Assembly (NCBI RefSeq): GCF_009914755.1
Contig: NC_060926.1
Source: the human T2T-CHM13v2.0 reference genome, Homo sapiens
Reading direction: 5' to 3' (one strand)
Length of the DNA stretch: 64,000 nucleotides
Of this stretch, positions 48,446 to 64,000 are shown in pieces (the stretch's first letter is position 1; each line of letters begins with the position of its first letter). Below the pieces are notes generated by a model that saw only the letters and a program-made list of their open reading frames with translations, was not told the origin of the DNA and made no database searches. A program made the position numbers and the translations under genes.

Positions 48446-50553
48446 AACCCCAAGTCTACGTTAAAATAAAAGATCCCCAAATAATAATTTATTCATATCC
48501 TTCCTAACTTAATTTATATATAAAAAAGCGAAGAAAACATAATTTTTCAGAATCCTTTAATGTTATACTAATTTTTTAAGCATGGCAGGATCCTATTCGA
48601 ATTCCATCTTAAATCTTGACTAGGTACTCTTGAACAGGCAAAAATAGGGGGGAAAAACCCATACAAAATGTTATAATTCTGAAACAGTTGTATTGGAAAC
48701 AGCATTTTCTAGCTAGAAAACAAAATAAAATGTAAAGTTCAAAATGGTTCTGTACCATTTTCTAAAGTATATCCTAAGGAACTAGTGTTCAATGGTAGGT
48801 TGAGAAGACTATGTTCTAAATGAGGGTAAAAAGGGGTGAGTTCAAACGGGGTAAACAAAATTAGATTTCTTTACTGCAAGGCTTCTCAGAACCATCAAAA
48901 TGCTAACATGCACTGGCTATCTCCAAAAGAGGGATGAGGTGGGAAGATACAATAAATTTTCAAAACTTATTTGAGACAACATTCGTTAAATACTTCACTG
49001 GATATGCACTTCAGGATATTTAAGGTTGTTTTGTTGTTTAACATACAGATTACTTAGTTTTGTTGTTTAACATATAGATTACTTCGTGAAGCCTTTTTCC
49101 TCTGAGGCAGAATTTCCCAGTGTGGAGGTATGGGACAGTCCATTGGCAAAAATGTCTTTTCATTAAACCAACCAAAAAGCAAACGAATGCATTATAATTA
49201 TAGTAAAGAAGGCAACAAGTTTACCTCCTTTAAACCAGAGAAGAATTTACAGATGGAGAAGAAAAAGGGTAACAGGACTAAAATTAATTTTAAGACTGTT
49301 GTGCCCCAGAAGTTATTAAAGGGGAAGGAGAAGGGAAGGAAGTGTGTGGCTGAGTTAAGGCTCCAGCCTACCAGAGACATATCCTATGTTACCTCTACCC
49401 TGAATCTGCAAACACAGCATCTCCTATTTTAATATTGAGATTCCAGATGAGATTTCCTTTGAAAAAATAGTTCGACAGCTTTTAAAAAAAACTACTGATC
49501 ATGACCAATGATTTCCTTGAGGAAATCCAAAGGACATCAACCAGGCCACCTATGTATTTGCTAAGGTATATAATGTGCACATATTAAACATTTTATATAG
49601 AACATTTTCAAGACTGCTCTTGCTAATAATGCTGTCATTTCTTTCTTTTATTCTCTATTTTTTCTTAGCTATCCTACTATAAATAGACCACTAAAGAAAA
49701 GATTAATACGGAAGGCAAAATAATAGGATTTGGCTTTGAAGTAAAGATGAAAAGTATTCAGTAATTATAAAAGGCCAAAGAGCTCCAATATACAATGAAA
49801 CAGTCATTAGGAGAAAATGAAGAAAGGAGAGACTAGTACACTTTAAACCAAGTTAGCTGTGTAAATGTTAGATTTGTAATCATACCAAAACCTGAATGAC
49901 TACTCTGGCATTTAGAGATTCCAAGATATTAGTGTGAATTTACACAGTATTTTCTACCAGTTGAAAGTTTGTTGAAAAAACACAAAGACAAATTTAAAGG
50001 ACTCAAGAAGTGTAGTGATATAATTTAACTAATCCTCCAATTTTACTTGGAACTTAGGTCAGTGATTATTAATCAAGGTTTTTATATCTAATCATGTAGC
50101 CTGCTGCTTTTATCTTATAATAAAATATAAAGGAGTCTTTCTTCAATGTAAATAAGACCAAACATAAGAACACATGAATCTCAATGCTGTTACAGTATGA
50201 GGGACAGAAATCAATATGAATTATTCCATGAAAACAGATAACCACCTGTATAAGCCTCAAACTAGAGAGAGATTTAAAATTATGGAAATAAATGCATTAC
50301 AGAAAATTTTACAGTATACAAAAAATATTTTAATAGCAACAAAAAAAGAGGGAATGGATATTAAAGTTTGTTCTTCATTGGGCCTCACTGAATAGACAAC
50401 AAAAATCAGGTATCATCATCTCTAATAAAATCACTATAGTTAATAGACACAGAATATTTCTTTTTGTTAAACAAGAAAATACTTTAAAACAGAAACAAAA
50501 GTTACTCTAATATTAAATAGTATCCTTACAAAATATTCAATCTTCAAACCTGA

Positions 50554-50925
<372 letters not shown>

Positions 50926-51931
50926 CCTCTCTGGCTATTCTAATGATTCATACTTGGGTACCAAATTCAAGGGTACTATAATTTGAACAAATGGCATGAC
51001 AAACCTTTTTGCTGGCAGCTGGTAAAACAATGTTCAATTTTTATCCACATTTCTAGGCAAAACTTGTTGAACTAGATGTGAGACAGGAAAATGTTTGCTG
51101 CTTTGTATCCTATTTACATATAAACGTTACCATGAAATATGCACATCCGAATTCAAGGATGATTTTGAGCTGGTATGACCTGAAATTCACATAGTCTGTC
51201 TCTGCCCAAGAGTTAAAACTTTAATATTGATAACTATTATCTGTAAATATTTACTTGAACCTTTGACCTCTAAAAGAAGATCTCTACTATAATGCTGATT
51301 TTAATATTTAGTATAAAAAATTTATGTATGTAAAATTTTGGAATCCTATCATCAAATAAAAGCATTTCCTTGCAATTCTAAGTAAATCAAAATCATCATA
51401 TCAGCAATTTGGAGTGTAGTATATTTTCTGCTGTACTGCCTTTATTGTTTAATAACGTGTAATATAAAAGATGGTAGAACACCAGTAAGAAGAAATTGGG
51501 TAACCACCCAACTAAAATATGTGCTGTCTTACAGGTATACTTAAAGTATGCCACCTCATACATTTTTGTAAAGGCTGAAGGACTCTATTTACACATGCAC
51601 AGCATTCACAACCGTATCAGTACTCCAAAGAAATGTAATATTAAAACAATTATTTTATGCTCAATTTTTAACAACTACCTAACTTGACATCCTCACATTG
51701 TGACTTCTTAAACTCCTATCACTTGGACCCACTGCATTCACACATGTTTAAAGGAGTATACTAAGTTTTTAATATTGATGAAAATGATTTTGTCTGTTAT
51801 TTTCTTATCACTTACGTAGTCTATTTCCTGGCACTTTCCCTTCTCTGGCTATCCCTTTAAGGCTTTATTTGTTAAACAGTATATACTATAAAATTAGAAT
51901 AAAGTTGAACTTTCTCCCCTACTCAAATTAC

Positions 51932-51973
51932 CTTGCCAGTAGTTTTCAAATCATACAAGAATAAAACAGCCAT
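51932..51973 (-). CDS. TLK1: TLK1 alternative first coding exon: MAVLFLYDLKTTGK
   Basis: ATG at 51973-51971, 14 codons, donor AAG|GTAATT at 51931, phase 0 joins TPEKKQ in frame; matches my recollection of a short-N-terminus isoform; 5' UTR extent unknown. Confidence 0.8.
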
Positions 51974-52220
51974 TTAGAACAACTGCTGAAGGGTGGGGGT
52001 TGGGAAGTAACACTTTCAGATAATTTATTCTGGAAATGTTGGCATTTTGAAAGTGCTTGTAATAGTCAAATTCAGAGCTGTGGTCTCACAACTTTTGACC
52101 CATTGTGACACTCACAATGGAGTAACATACTCCTGTATCATACCCCTACAAACATTCCTTTGAACACGAATCCCTAGGTCTGTACAATTATTTCTCTGGT
52201 ATACATACTTTTAAATGTAA

Positions 52221-52550
<330 letters not shown>

Positions 52551-52703
52551 ACACACTTAGATTTTTAAAGATAATGCCAAATTGCACATTCAAAGCCAGT
52601 ATCAATTGACATGTTTACATTAACACTGTATAAGACTACTCACCAATCCTTTGAGATGTGATGGGTAAAAAAGTGTTACTATTTTTCTCTATACCAATAC
52701 AAC

Positions 52704-53076
52704 TTTTTTTTTATTATTATACTTTAAGTTCTGAGGTACATGTGCAGAACGTACAAGTTTGTTACATAGGTATACACGTGCCAAGGTGGTTTGCTATAAC
52801 CATCAACCTGTCATCTACATCAGGTATTTCTCCTTATGCTATCCCTCCCTCAGCCCCCACCTCAAAACAGGTCCTGTTATGTGAAGTCCCCCCAACCGCC
52901 CTGCCCCGTGTCCATGTGTTCTCACTGTTCAACTCCCACTTAAGAGTAAGAACATATGGTGTTTGGTCTTCTGTTCTTGTGTTAGTTTGCTGAGAATGAT
53001 GGTTTCCAGCTTCATCCATGTCCCTGCAAAGGACATGAACTCATCCTTTTTTATGGCTGCATAGTATTCCGTGGTG
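52704..53076 (-). mobile_element. 5'-truncated L1PA 3' end
   Basis: ttattatactttaagttct...gtacatgtgcagaacgt; TSD ccaatacaac at 52694 and 53077. Confidence 0.92.
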
Positions 53077-53097
53077 CCAATACAACACTTTTAATCA

Positions 53098-53487
<390 letters not shown>

Positions 53488-54519
53488 CTAGGTTCAAGTG
53501 ATCCTCCTGCCTCAGGCTCCCAAGTACCTGGGACTACAGACATGTGACCATACCCAGTTTCTTTGTTCTTTTTTTAAATTGCTCTATCATATCTTTATTA
53601 GCATTGATTCTCAATGCTGACTATACATCAATCATTTATAAAGCTTTTATTTAAAGCTTATGCTGGAATCTCCAGTCCAAATTTAACCATCTCTGGAAAA
53701 AGACCAAAGGAATCATTAATTTTAAAAAGGTCCAGAAGTGATGTTATGTATCATCAGGATTAGGAACAGTCTGTCTGTCTATCTAGGTTTATATATAAAA
53801 TAGTACGTTGTATAGTTCCCACATACTCCACTTTACAGTATCTCTAAAATTAAGAATGTTATTCCTTAAAGTCTTCCCATATTAAAGACCAAAATTATTA
53901 CATATAGCAGAAAACTAATTAGGTTATAAAAAGTCAAATGGGTTGTCATGGTTACTCAGTTATTTTAGAAAAATGAGAATCTTAAAGAAAATTCACTGTG
54001 TTCTACTGACATAAAAATACATCTTTCTAATATTTTTTAAACTAAAGAATAAAATTCTGAAACAAAATTTGTCAGTAATGTCAACTTGTGCTCAATGCTT
54101 TAAAAATCCAGTCTAAAAGCAACATTTATCAGATTAAACATTTGTGAAGTGCTGTTAGCTCAGGTATATCTTAGATTGGCAAATTTGATAATTACTGTAA
54201 GTTATCTGAAATCTAAATATTTCCAAAGAGTACCATTTTTGTCCAAGACTTACCAGGGTAATTTATATAACAAGTTATATACTATCTTAGTTATATGGAA
54301 AGATTATAATAGCACAGTAGTTGAGAGCATCACTTTGAAATAAGGCATACTTTGGGAATGAAATTCTGACTCTGTTAACTTGTATCTGTGTGACTATGGA
54401 CAAATTATTTACTCTGAGCACCGGTTTCTAAATTTAGACATGTAAAACTTAAGAAGTCGCAATCTAGCTCCATTGGCAACAGGCTAAAAACTTTCTTTTT
54501 TCTCCTTCCAGTAATGAGT

Positions 54520-54727
54520 TGGTTCTCAACCAGGAGAGATGGTATTTGGCAATACCTAGAGGCATTTTTGGTTGACGCACTGAGGATGGCGGTAACAAGG
54601 CTGTAGATATCTAATGTACAGAGGCAGAGATGCTGCTAAACATCCTACATTGCATAGGACAGGAACCCCACCCCTCAAAATTTATCCAGTGCAAAACGTC
54701 AATAATGTTAAGGGTGAGAAACCTTGC
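54520..54727. mobile_element. MER20-like DNA transposon
   Basis: ggttctcaacc...gatgctgctaaacatcctaca...gagaaacc. Confidence 0.75.
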
Positions 54728-56362
54728 TTTGATGAACACATTAAGAATCATTTGTAGTTGGTACATAAAACTAACTGTACGGTGTGCTTTTTTACTTTCA
54801 TTCTGAGTTTACAGTGAAAATTACCAGAGGCTATATGACATGTGACGACATCTCACTGGATGATTTATGGATTATGTATTCGTGAATTCTAGGGTTACAA
54901 CATTTTGTTTGAAATCCTAAAATGGTAAATACCAAATAGTTGTAACCAACATAAACAAAAGCTCTTTAGGGTCCTTCAATTTTTAAAGTTAAAGAGCAGT
55001 CCCTGAGACCCAAAATTTGAAAACTGCTTTTGTAGATACACTCATCCTGATTGTATACTAGGAAATGCTAGCAAGTGAGATGAGTATGCTAGAGAATAAG
55101 TAGTAGCCTATTAACGAGGTGGGTAGACAACAGCTATTTACTGAGCACCTATTATGGTAAAGAACTATACTGGGTTCCACTTTAAAAAAATATCTTCACT
55201 CTCTTACAGTAATAGGCCATTTTTCTCTTCCAATCTTGTTTCCACCAATCAGCTTAGAAGGTTCCTTTTTAAATTTTTTTTTTTTAATCATTGTGGGTAC
55301 ACAGTAGGTGTATATATTTATGGGGTACATATTTTGATACAGTTGTTACAAACAACTGTAACACAAAGGTGTTACAAACAATCCACTTATAGTTTTTTTT
55401 TAAATATACAATTAAATTATGTTTGACTATACACACTCTGTTGTGCTAGCAAATACTAGGTCTTACTAAGTCTTTCTATTTTTGTACCCATTAACCATTC
55501 CCCCTCCCCACCACCACCACTCTTCCCAGACTCTAGTAACCATCTTTTTACCCTCTTTCCCCATAAGTTGCATTGTCTTAATTTTTAGCTCCCACAAATA
55601 AGTGAGAACATGTGAAGTTTGTCTTTCTGTGCCTGGCTTATTTCACTTAACAATATGACCTCCAGTTCCATCCATGTTGTTGCAAATGACAGATTGCATT
55701 CTTTCTTATGGCTGAATAGTACTCCACTGTGTGTATGTACCACATTTTCTTTATCCATTCATCTGTTGATGGATGCTTGGGTTGCTTACAAATCTTGGCT
55801 ATTGTGAATAGTGCTGCAAAATGGGAGTGCAGGTATCTCTTTGATATATCAATTTCTTTTATTTTGGGTATATATCTAGCAGTGGAATTGCTGGATCGCA
55901 CGGTAGCTCTATTTTCAGCCTTTTGAGGAACCTCCGAACTGTTCTTCATAGTGGTTGTACTAATCTTCACTTCTACCAACAGTGTATGAGGTTTCCCTTT
56001 TCTCCACATCCTTGCCAGCATTTGTCATTGCCTGCCTTCTGGATAAAAGCCATTTTAACTGGGGTGAGATGATATCTCATTGTAATTTTGATTTGCATGT
56101 CTCTGATAAACAATGATATTGGGCACCTTTTCATCAAGTTGTTTGCCATTTGTATGTCTTCTTTTGAGAAATGTCTCTTCAAATCTTTTGCCCATTTTTA
56201 GATTGGATTATCATATGTTTTCCTACAGAGTTGTTTGAGCTCCTCATATATTCTAGTTATTTATTCCTTGTCAGATGGATAGTTTGCAAATATTTTCTCC
56301 TACTCTGTGGGTTATCTCCTCGCTTTGTTGATTGTTTTCTTTGCTGTGCAGAAGCTTTTTAA

Positions 56363-56676
<314 letters not shown>

Positions 56677-57422
56677 CCATTTGTCCATTTTTACCTTTGG
56701 TTGCCTGTGCTTGTCGGGTATTACTTAAGAAATCTTTGCCCAGACCAATGTCCTGGAGAGTTTCCCCAGTGTTTTCTTATAGTAGTTTCACAGTTTGAGG
56801 TCTTTTTAGATTTCAGTCTTTAACCCATTTTGATTTGATTTTTGTATATGGTGAGAGATAGGGGATCTAGTTTCATTCTTCTGCATATGAATATCCAGTT
56901 TTCCCTGCACCATTTATTGAACAGACTGTCCTTTCCCCAATGTTTGTTCTTGGCACCTTTGTCAAAAACAACTTCACTGTAGATATATGGATTGCTATCT
57001 GGATTCTCTGTTCTGTTCCACTGGTCTATGTGTTTCACTGATCTATGTGTCTGTTTTTATGCCAGTACAATGCTGTTTTGATTACTATAGCTTTGTAGTA
57101 TAATTTGAAGTCAGGTAATGTGATTCGTCTGGTTTTGTTCTTTGCTCAGGATAGCTCTGGCTATTCTGGGTCTTTTGTGGTTCTATACAAATTTTAGAAT
57201 TATTTTTTCTATTTCTGTGAAGAATGCCATTGGTATTTTGACAGGGATTACATTAAACCTATAGATTGCTCTGGGTACAATGGACATTTTAAAAGTATTG
57301 ATGCTTCCATTCCATGACCATGGAATATCCTTCCATTTTTTTGCATACTCTTCAATTTCTTGCATCAATGTTTTATAGTTTTTATTGTAGAGATATTTTA
57401 CTACTTTGAGTAATGTCTAAAA

Positions 57423-58045
<623 letters not shown>

Positions 58046-58921
58046 CTACATATTTCATAGTATTTATAGCTATTGCAAATGGGATTACTTTCTTGGTTTC
58101 TTTTTCAGATTGTTCACTGTTAGCATATAGAAATGCTACTTTTTTAATATTGATTTTGTATCCTGCAACTTTACTGAATTTATCAGTTCTAATAATTTTT
58201 TGGTACAGTCTTTAGGTTTTTCCAAATATAAGATTATATAATCTGCAAACAAGGATAATTTGACTTCTTCCTTTCCAATTTGGATGCCCTTTACTTCTTT
58301 CCCTTGTCTGACTGCTCTAGCGAGGACTTCCCATTCTATACTGAATAAGTGGTGAAGGTGGGCACTCTTGTTGTGTTCCCTTAGAAATTTCTTGCTGTAA
58401 CAAACAACCACTGAACCACATCGAATATACTTTTTTAAAGGGTAACATTTAACAGCTGTTTGTTTGCTTGCTAAATAGCTTACAGATCCATTTCATGATT
58501 TCATGACCTACAAGAACTCAACTAGACAGAATATATCAGAATTTCCAAGCAGGGAGCCTGGCTACTCAAACATTAAAAAAAGCTTCCTGAAGAATTCTGA
58601 TATACATATTCTTCTACCTTTATGGAAACAGATGTATACAGCCAGGATGAGACTCACATTTGGTTTCCAGTTCACTTTTCCTTCCAAGAGACTAATAAGC
58701 ATGAACATATTCAAGCAGGACTCACTTCCTTTGCTATGAACCCGGTTAATACAATATATTTTAGTGTCAGATACTCTAATTTCTGCCTGAATATAGGTCT
58801 CTAAAAGACTGTGTCCTTCAATATATAGTGGTGAATTAAATACTGTTTTCTCTTTAAAAAAAAAAAGTTACAAAGTAATTTCAGGTGTTTCACAGGAACT
58901 TTTAAGTCTAATAATTCATGA

Positions 58922-59280
<359 letters not shown>

Positions 59281-59427
59281 ACATTCCCCATTTTTTATGT
59301 TACAAAATAATACTATTTTCCATGTGTACAAAGAGTACTTGCTTTCAAGACATCATTACTGTACATATTTGTTCATTGTATACAGCAACATTGTTGCGTA
59401 TCATGCCTCAGTAAAAACAATGACATA

Positions 59428-59757
59428 GGCTGGAGGTGGAGGTGTAGTGGCTCATGCCTGTAATCCCAGCACTTTCGGAGGCCGATGCAGGCAGATCATT
59501 TGAGGTCAGGAGTTTGAAATCAGCCTGGCCAATGTGGTGAAACCTTGTCTCTACTGAAAATACAAAAACTAACCAGGCAAGCTGGTGGGTGCCTACAATC
59601 CCAGCTACTTGGGAGGCTGAGGCCAGAGAATTGCTGAGCCCAGAAGGCAGTGGTTGCAGGGAGCAGAGATCGTGCCATTGCACTCCAACCTGCGTGACAG
59701 AGCGAGACTCTGCCTCAAAAAAAAAAAAAAAAAAAGAAAGAAAGAAAGAAGAAAAAA
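59428..59757 (+). mobile_element. Alu
   Basis: Dimer; caatgacata TSD. Confidence 0.92.
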
Positions 59758-60947
59758 CCAATGACATAAAAATAGTAAGATTTCTGGTAAGAACAAAGTG
59801 AGAACATACTAGCAGGAAGATAAATAAAAGACAGAGGAGGTCAACAAGTAGAACACCACAAACATCATTTATCACACTAACATATTTTAGAAAATAATTT
59901 AGACAGCAAGATAGAATATGTCTTAAAATTGATGATAGGTGTCTAACATCTTAAGGAGGAGAACAGATTTAAAGAGAGTTAGTCAAAAGCAAGGTAATTT
60001 ATTCAGGAGTAAAAGGCCTAAAAATGTAACTTTCAGTGATACTTATCCCATCCAACAGTAAATCGATTTTTAAAGTCTCTCTTCTTTCTTACTAGGTACT
60101 CAGAGTAAGGCATTAAAAAAAAAAAGATTTCTCCAGGTCACAGTAAATAAATATAGATAAATTAAAATTTAATGAAAATGTTAACAAAACTTAAGGCCAG
60201 TATTACCTCTGTTTTCAAATAGAATCATAGCTAAGCACTAGTGCTTAGAATACACTAAGCACTAGCTAAGCACTAAGCATTAAGAGGGCAAAAAAGAAGG
60301 TATGAGAAAGTAGAGGTGGGTATGTATATAAAACAAGGTTAAATCAGGAAATGCTCTAGATGCAACAACTGTCCCAGCTTCCACATATCCATATAATTTA
60401 AAATTAATAACTCGAAAATCCCAAAATATACTTTGATGAAAAATACACAGTAATTTAAGGTCAGTGGATAAAGGCTTAAGACTTGGTAGTTACCCATGAA
60501 AAATGGTGGAAAACTACTTTGGTTATAGAGATAGTATATATTTTAACTTGTTCAAATTTGATTGAGATTATACAAAAGTATTCTGAAAGATGAATATTAA
60601 GGATTAAATTGAGAAAAACAGAATAATTTGATATATGTCTGCTTTATAAACATGAATATTATGGAGTATATTGTATATAAGCACACGTATAAACAGACAT
60701 AACTGTGCTTCTCCAACATTAATTATTAAAAATGATGTAATTAAATGATATGTTCAGTCACAAATATCCCAACTTCAGTAAGAAATAAATAAAGCAGATA
60801 AATGTATCCTAGGGCATCCAAAACGAGAAGAGGAAAAATGGTTATGCTTTTAATAATCATTAAGAATTCCAAATGAGCTAGAAGATACATAATCTAACTT
60901 AGCATCTTGGGCTTAGGTATAGACAGCAACTGTACAGAATCTGAAGG

Positions 60948-61618
60948 TGCTATGGTTTGACTATGTGCCCTGAAGTTCACGTAGAAACTTACTCCCCGTA
61001 GTAAGAATATTAAGAGGTGGGAGGGAGGCAGGTGCGGTGGCTCTTGCCTGTAATCCCAGCACTTTGGGAGGATGAAGTGGGCAGGTCACTTGCGGTCAGG
61101 AGTTCAAGACCAGCCTGGCTAACATGGTGAAACCCTGTCTCCACTAAAAATATAAAACTTAGCCAGCCATGGTGGCGGGTGCCTGTAATCCCAGCTACTC
61201 AGGGGGCTGAAGGAGGAGACTCGCTTGAACCCAGGAGGGGGAAGTTGCAGTGAGCCAAGATCATGCCACTGCACTCCAGCCTGAGCAACAGAGCAAAACT
61301 CCATCTCGGGGGGCGGGGGGAGAAAAAGAGGTAGGGGCCTCATGAATGGATTAATGCCATTATTGTGGGGATGGGTTCGTTACTGACAGAGTGGGTTCCT
61401 GATTAAAAGGATGAGTTGAGTCCAATTCTCCCTCTCTGTCTCACACGCTCACTTCTGCCTTCCATCTTCTACCACGGGGTGATGATCCTCACCTGATGCT
61501 TGACACCATGCTCTTGGACTTCCTAGCCTCTGGACCCAAGAGCCAAATAAACTTCTGTTCATTATAAATTGCCCAGTCTGTGATATTCTGTTAGAGCAGC
61601 AGAAAATGAACTGAGACA
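60948..61618 (+). mobile_element. MST-type MaLR solo LTR split by an Alu (about 61027-61320)
   Basis: tgctatggtttga start; ctcatgaatggattaatgcc; aataaacttctgttcattataaattgcccagtctgtg end. Confidence 0.82.
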
Positions 61619-61707
61619 CAAGATCATTGTGTTTAGATAGTGAAAGTGCTACAAGAAGAACTGCAAATGGGTGGATCAAGGCAGGTTTTAAAACTTAGAA
61701 AACACTG

Positions 61708-62087
<380 letters not shown>

Positions 62088-63347
62088 TTAGCCAGCAGGT
62101 CAGGTACATGACCATATTTCTAACTCCTTCAGGTATTCTAAAAAATTTAAATAAAGGATGAGTGGCCCTGGTAAACTCTCTTCTCTGGTCCTCTGATAAA
62201 ATTTTTATCAGTCCTCAAATCCACAACCCACTCACGCTTCTTTCCTTTCAGCTGATAACCTATTTTCACTGTGAAGTAAGAGAAAAGGTTATCAGATATG
62301 CAAGTTCATCTACCCCAATTCAGGGGAAAGATGTTCCTAGTCCTGTCTATGAATAACCCTGCCCAACCAGGGTCTGGATTTCACCCATTCATTCCTCCTC
62401 CAGGAAAAGATGTGTGCTTTTATTTCTCTTTTCCCCCTCTCTTCAGCACTTTGTCTCCATCACAGCTCTGCTATGACTCTTTCCTTAGCACATGATATGT
62501 CAAGCCTGTCTGACTCTAGATACTGTCTCCCTTCCTTCATAGTCAAGGTTCTGCCAAAAGCAGTCAATATTTGCTGTCGCTATTTCCTCACTTTCTAATT
62601 TCTCCTCAATTAACTACAATCTGGCATTTTGTTCCCATTAATCTACTAAAATTAAGTCTAAGTGTCAAATTCTTAGTCACTTTTTACAGTCCCTATCTTA
62701 AATGACTTCTATGACATTTAATTCCACTTACTATCACTTTTGGGTCTCAGGATCCCTCTGTAACTTTTAAAAAATTGTTAAGGACCCCAAAGAGCTTTTA
62801 TTTACATGTGTGTAACTATCGATATTTACTATTTTAGGATTTTAAACAAAAACATTATAACAATAGAATATACAAGTGTAAAAGAATACAAATGAATAAA
62901 TCAGAGTGATGATATCACGTTATACAGCTTCTGGAAATTTTCATTGTGAATTCATGAGCTAATGAAAGTTAAAAAGTCAAATAATGTGTTGGCGCTTTTA
63001 TAAAAAACACTTGACTTTGTGGACTCCTTGGAAGAATCGCAGGGGACCCCTAGAAATCCTCAAACCATACTCTGAGATCTGCTTATCTACAACCAAGCCT
63101 TTTTAATTAACACCTATGCCAAAGACCCCTAGGTCTTCTTATCTAGCCTGACCTCTTTCCTGAATTCCAGATATCTTCTACTGTGCCATCTACACTTGTT
63201 ATCTTCCTTCTGTGATGCCCATCTCAATCAAAGGCACTCTAGCTAGATCCCTTTGAATCATCTTAGGCTCCTCCCTTTCCTTCTTTATGCTAATTCCAAG
63301 TCATCAAACCCTACTGATTCTACTTTTTAAAAATCTAATGAAATCTG

Positions 63348-63777
<430 letters not shown>

Positions 63778-64000
63778 TTAGAGAATCTGAAAAAGGCAGA
63801 GCCCAAACAGCAAACTTGAAAATACTAGTTAGAAGTCCTCTTATCTCAAGTTTTTCCTCCTAATATTAAACCTTGAAGGTTATAGAGTTTTATAAAGAAG
63901 GCTGTATTCCTTAATTAAGTGATCTTCCTAACTTGGGTTTCATGTCCCTCCAACGCAATCCTCTACATTCCATCTGTGGGAGCCTTTCACCTCTACTTTG

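Noticed and set aside
49130-49432. 100-aa Lys-rich plus-strand ORF
   Set aside because: No recognisable domain or splice context; explained by purine-rich composition

Overview
Primate (human-like) genomic DNA, AT-rich and repeat-dense, lying wholly inside the TLK1 (tousled-like kinase 1) gene on the minus strand. Ten canonical coding exons splice in frame with GT-AG boundaries (46245-46170, 43286-43240, 41655-41560, 40260-40171, 38941-38849, 35266-35156, 35042-34906, 31454-31266, 13484-13418, and 64-1, which is cut by the window edge). They encode about residues 111-433: the basic NLS-like segment and the coiled-coil region. The kinase domain and main promoter lie outside the window. Two non-canonical coding exons can be read directly: an internal alternative first exon (MAVLFLYDLKTTGK, 51973-51932) with a second competing 5' splice site, and a 63-nt in-frame cassette exon carved from a MER1B DNA transposon (45075-45013). 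Introns hold over 30 Alu/FLAM copies, L1 fragments, MaLR LTRs, DNA-transposon relics, a MADE1 hairpin, CA microsatellites and small tandem duplications. Nearly all listed ORFs are Alu/L1 artefacts. I see no new multi-gene system; the interesting biology is isoform regulation of TLK1. Gene identity, exon/residue numbering and repeat family names come from recall, not a search; repeat boundaries are approximate.
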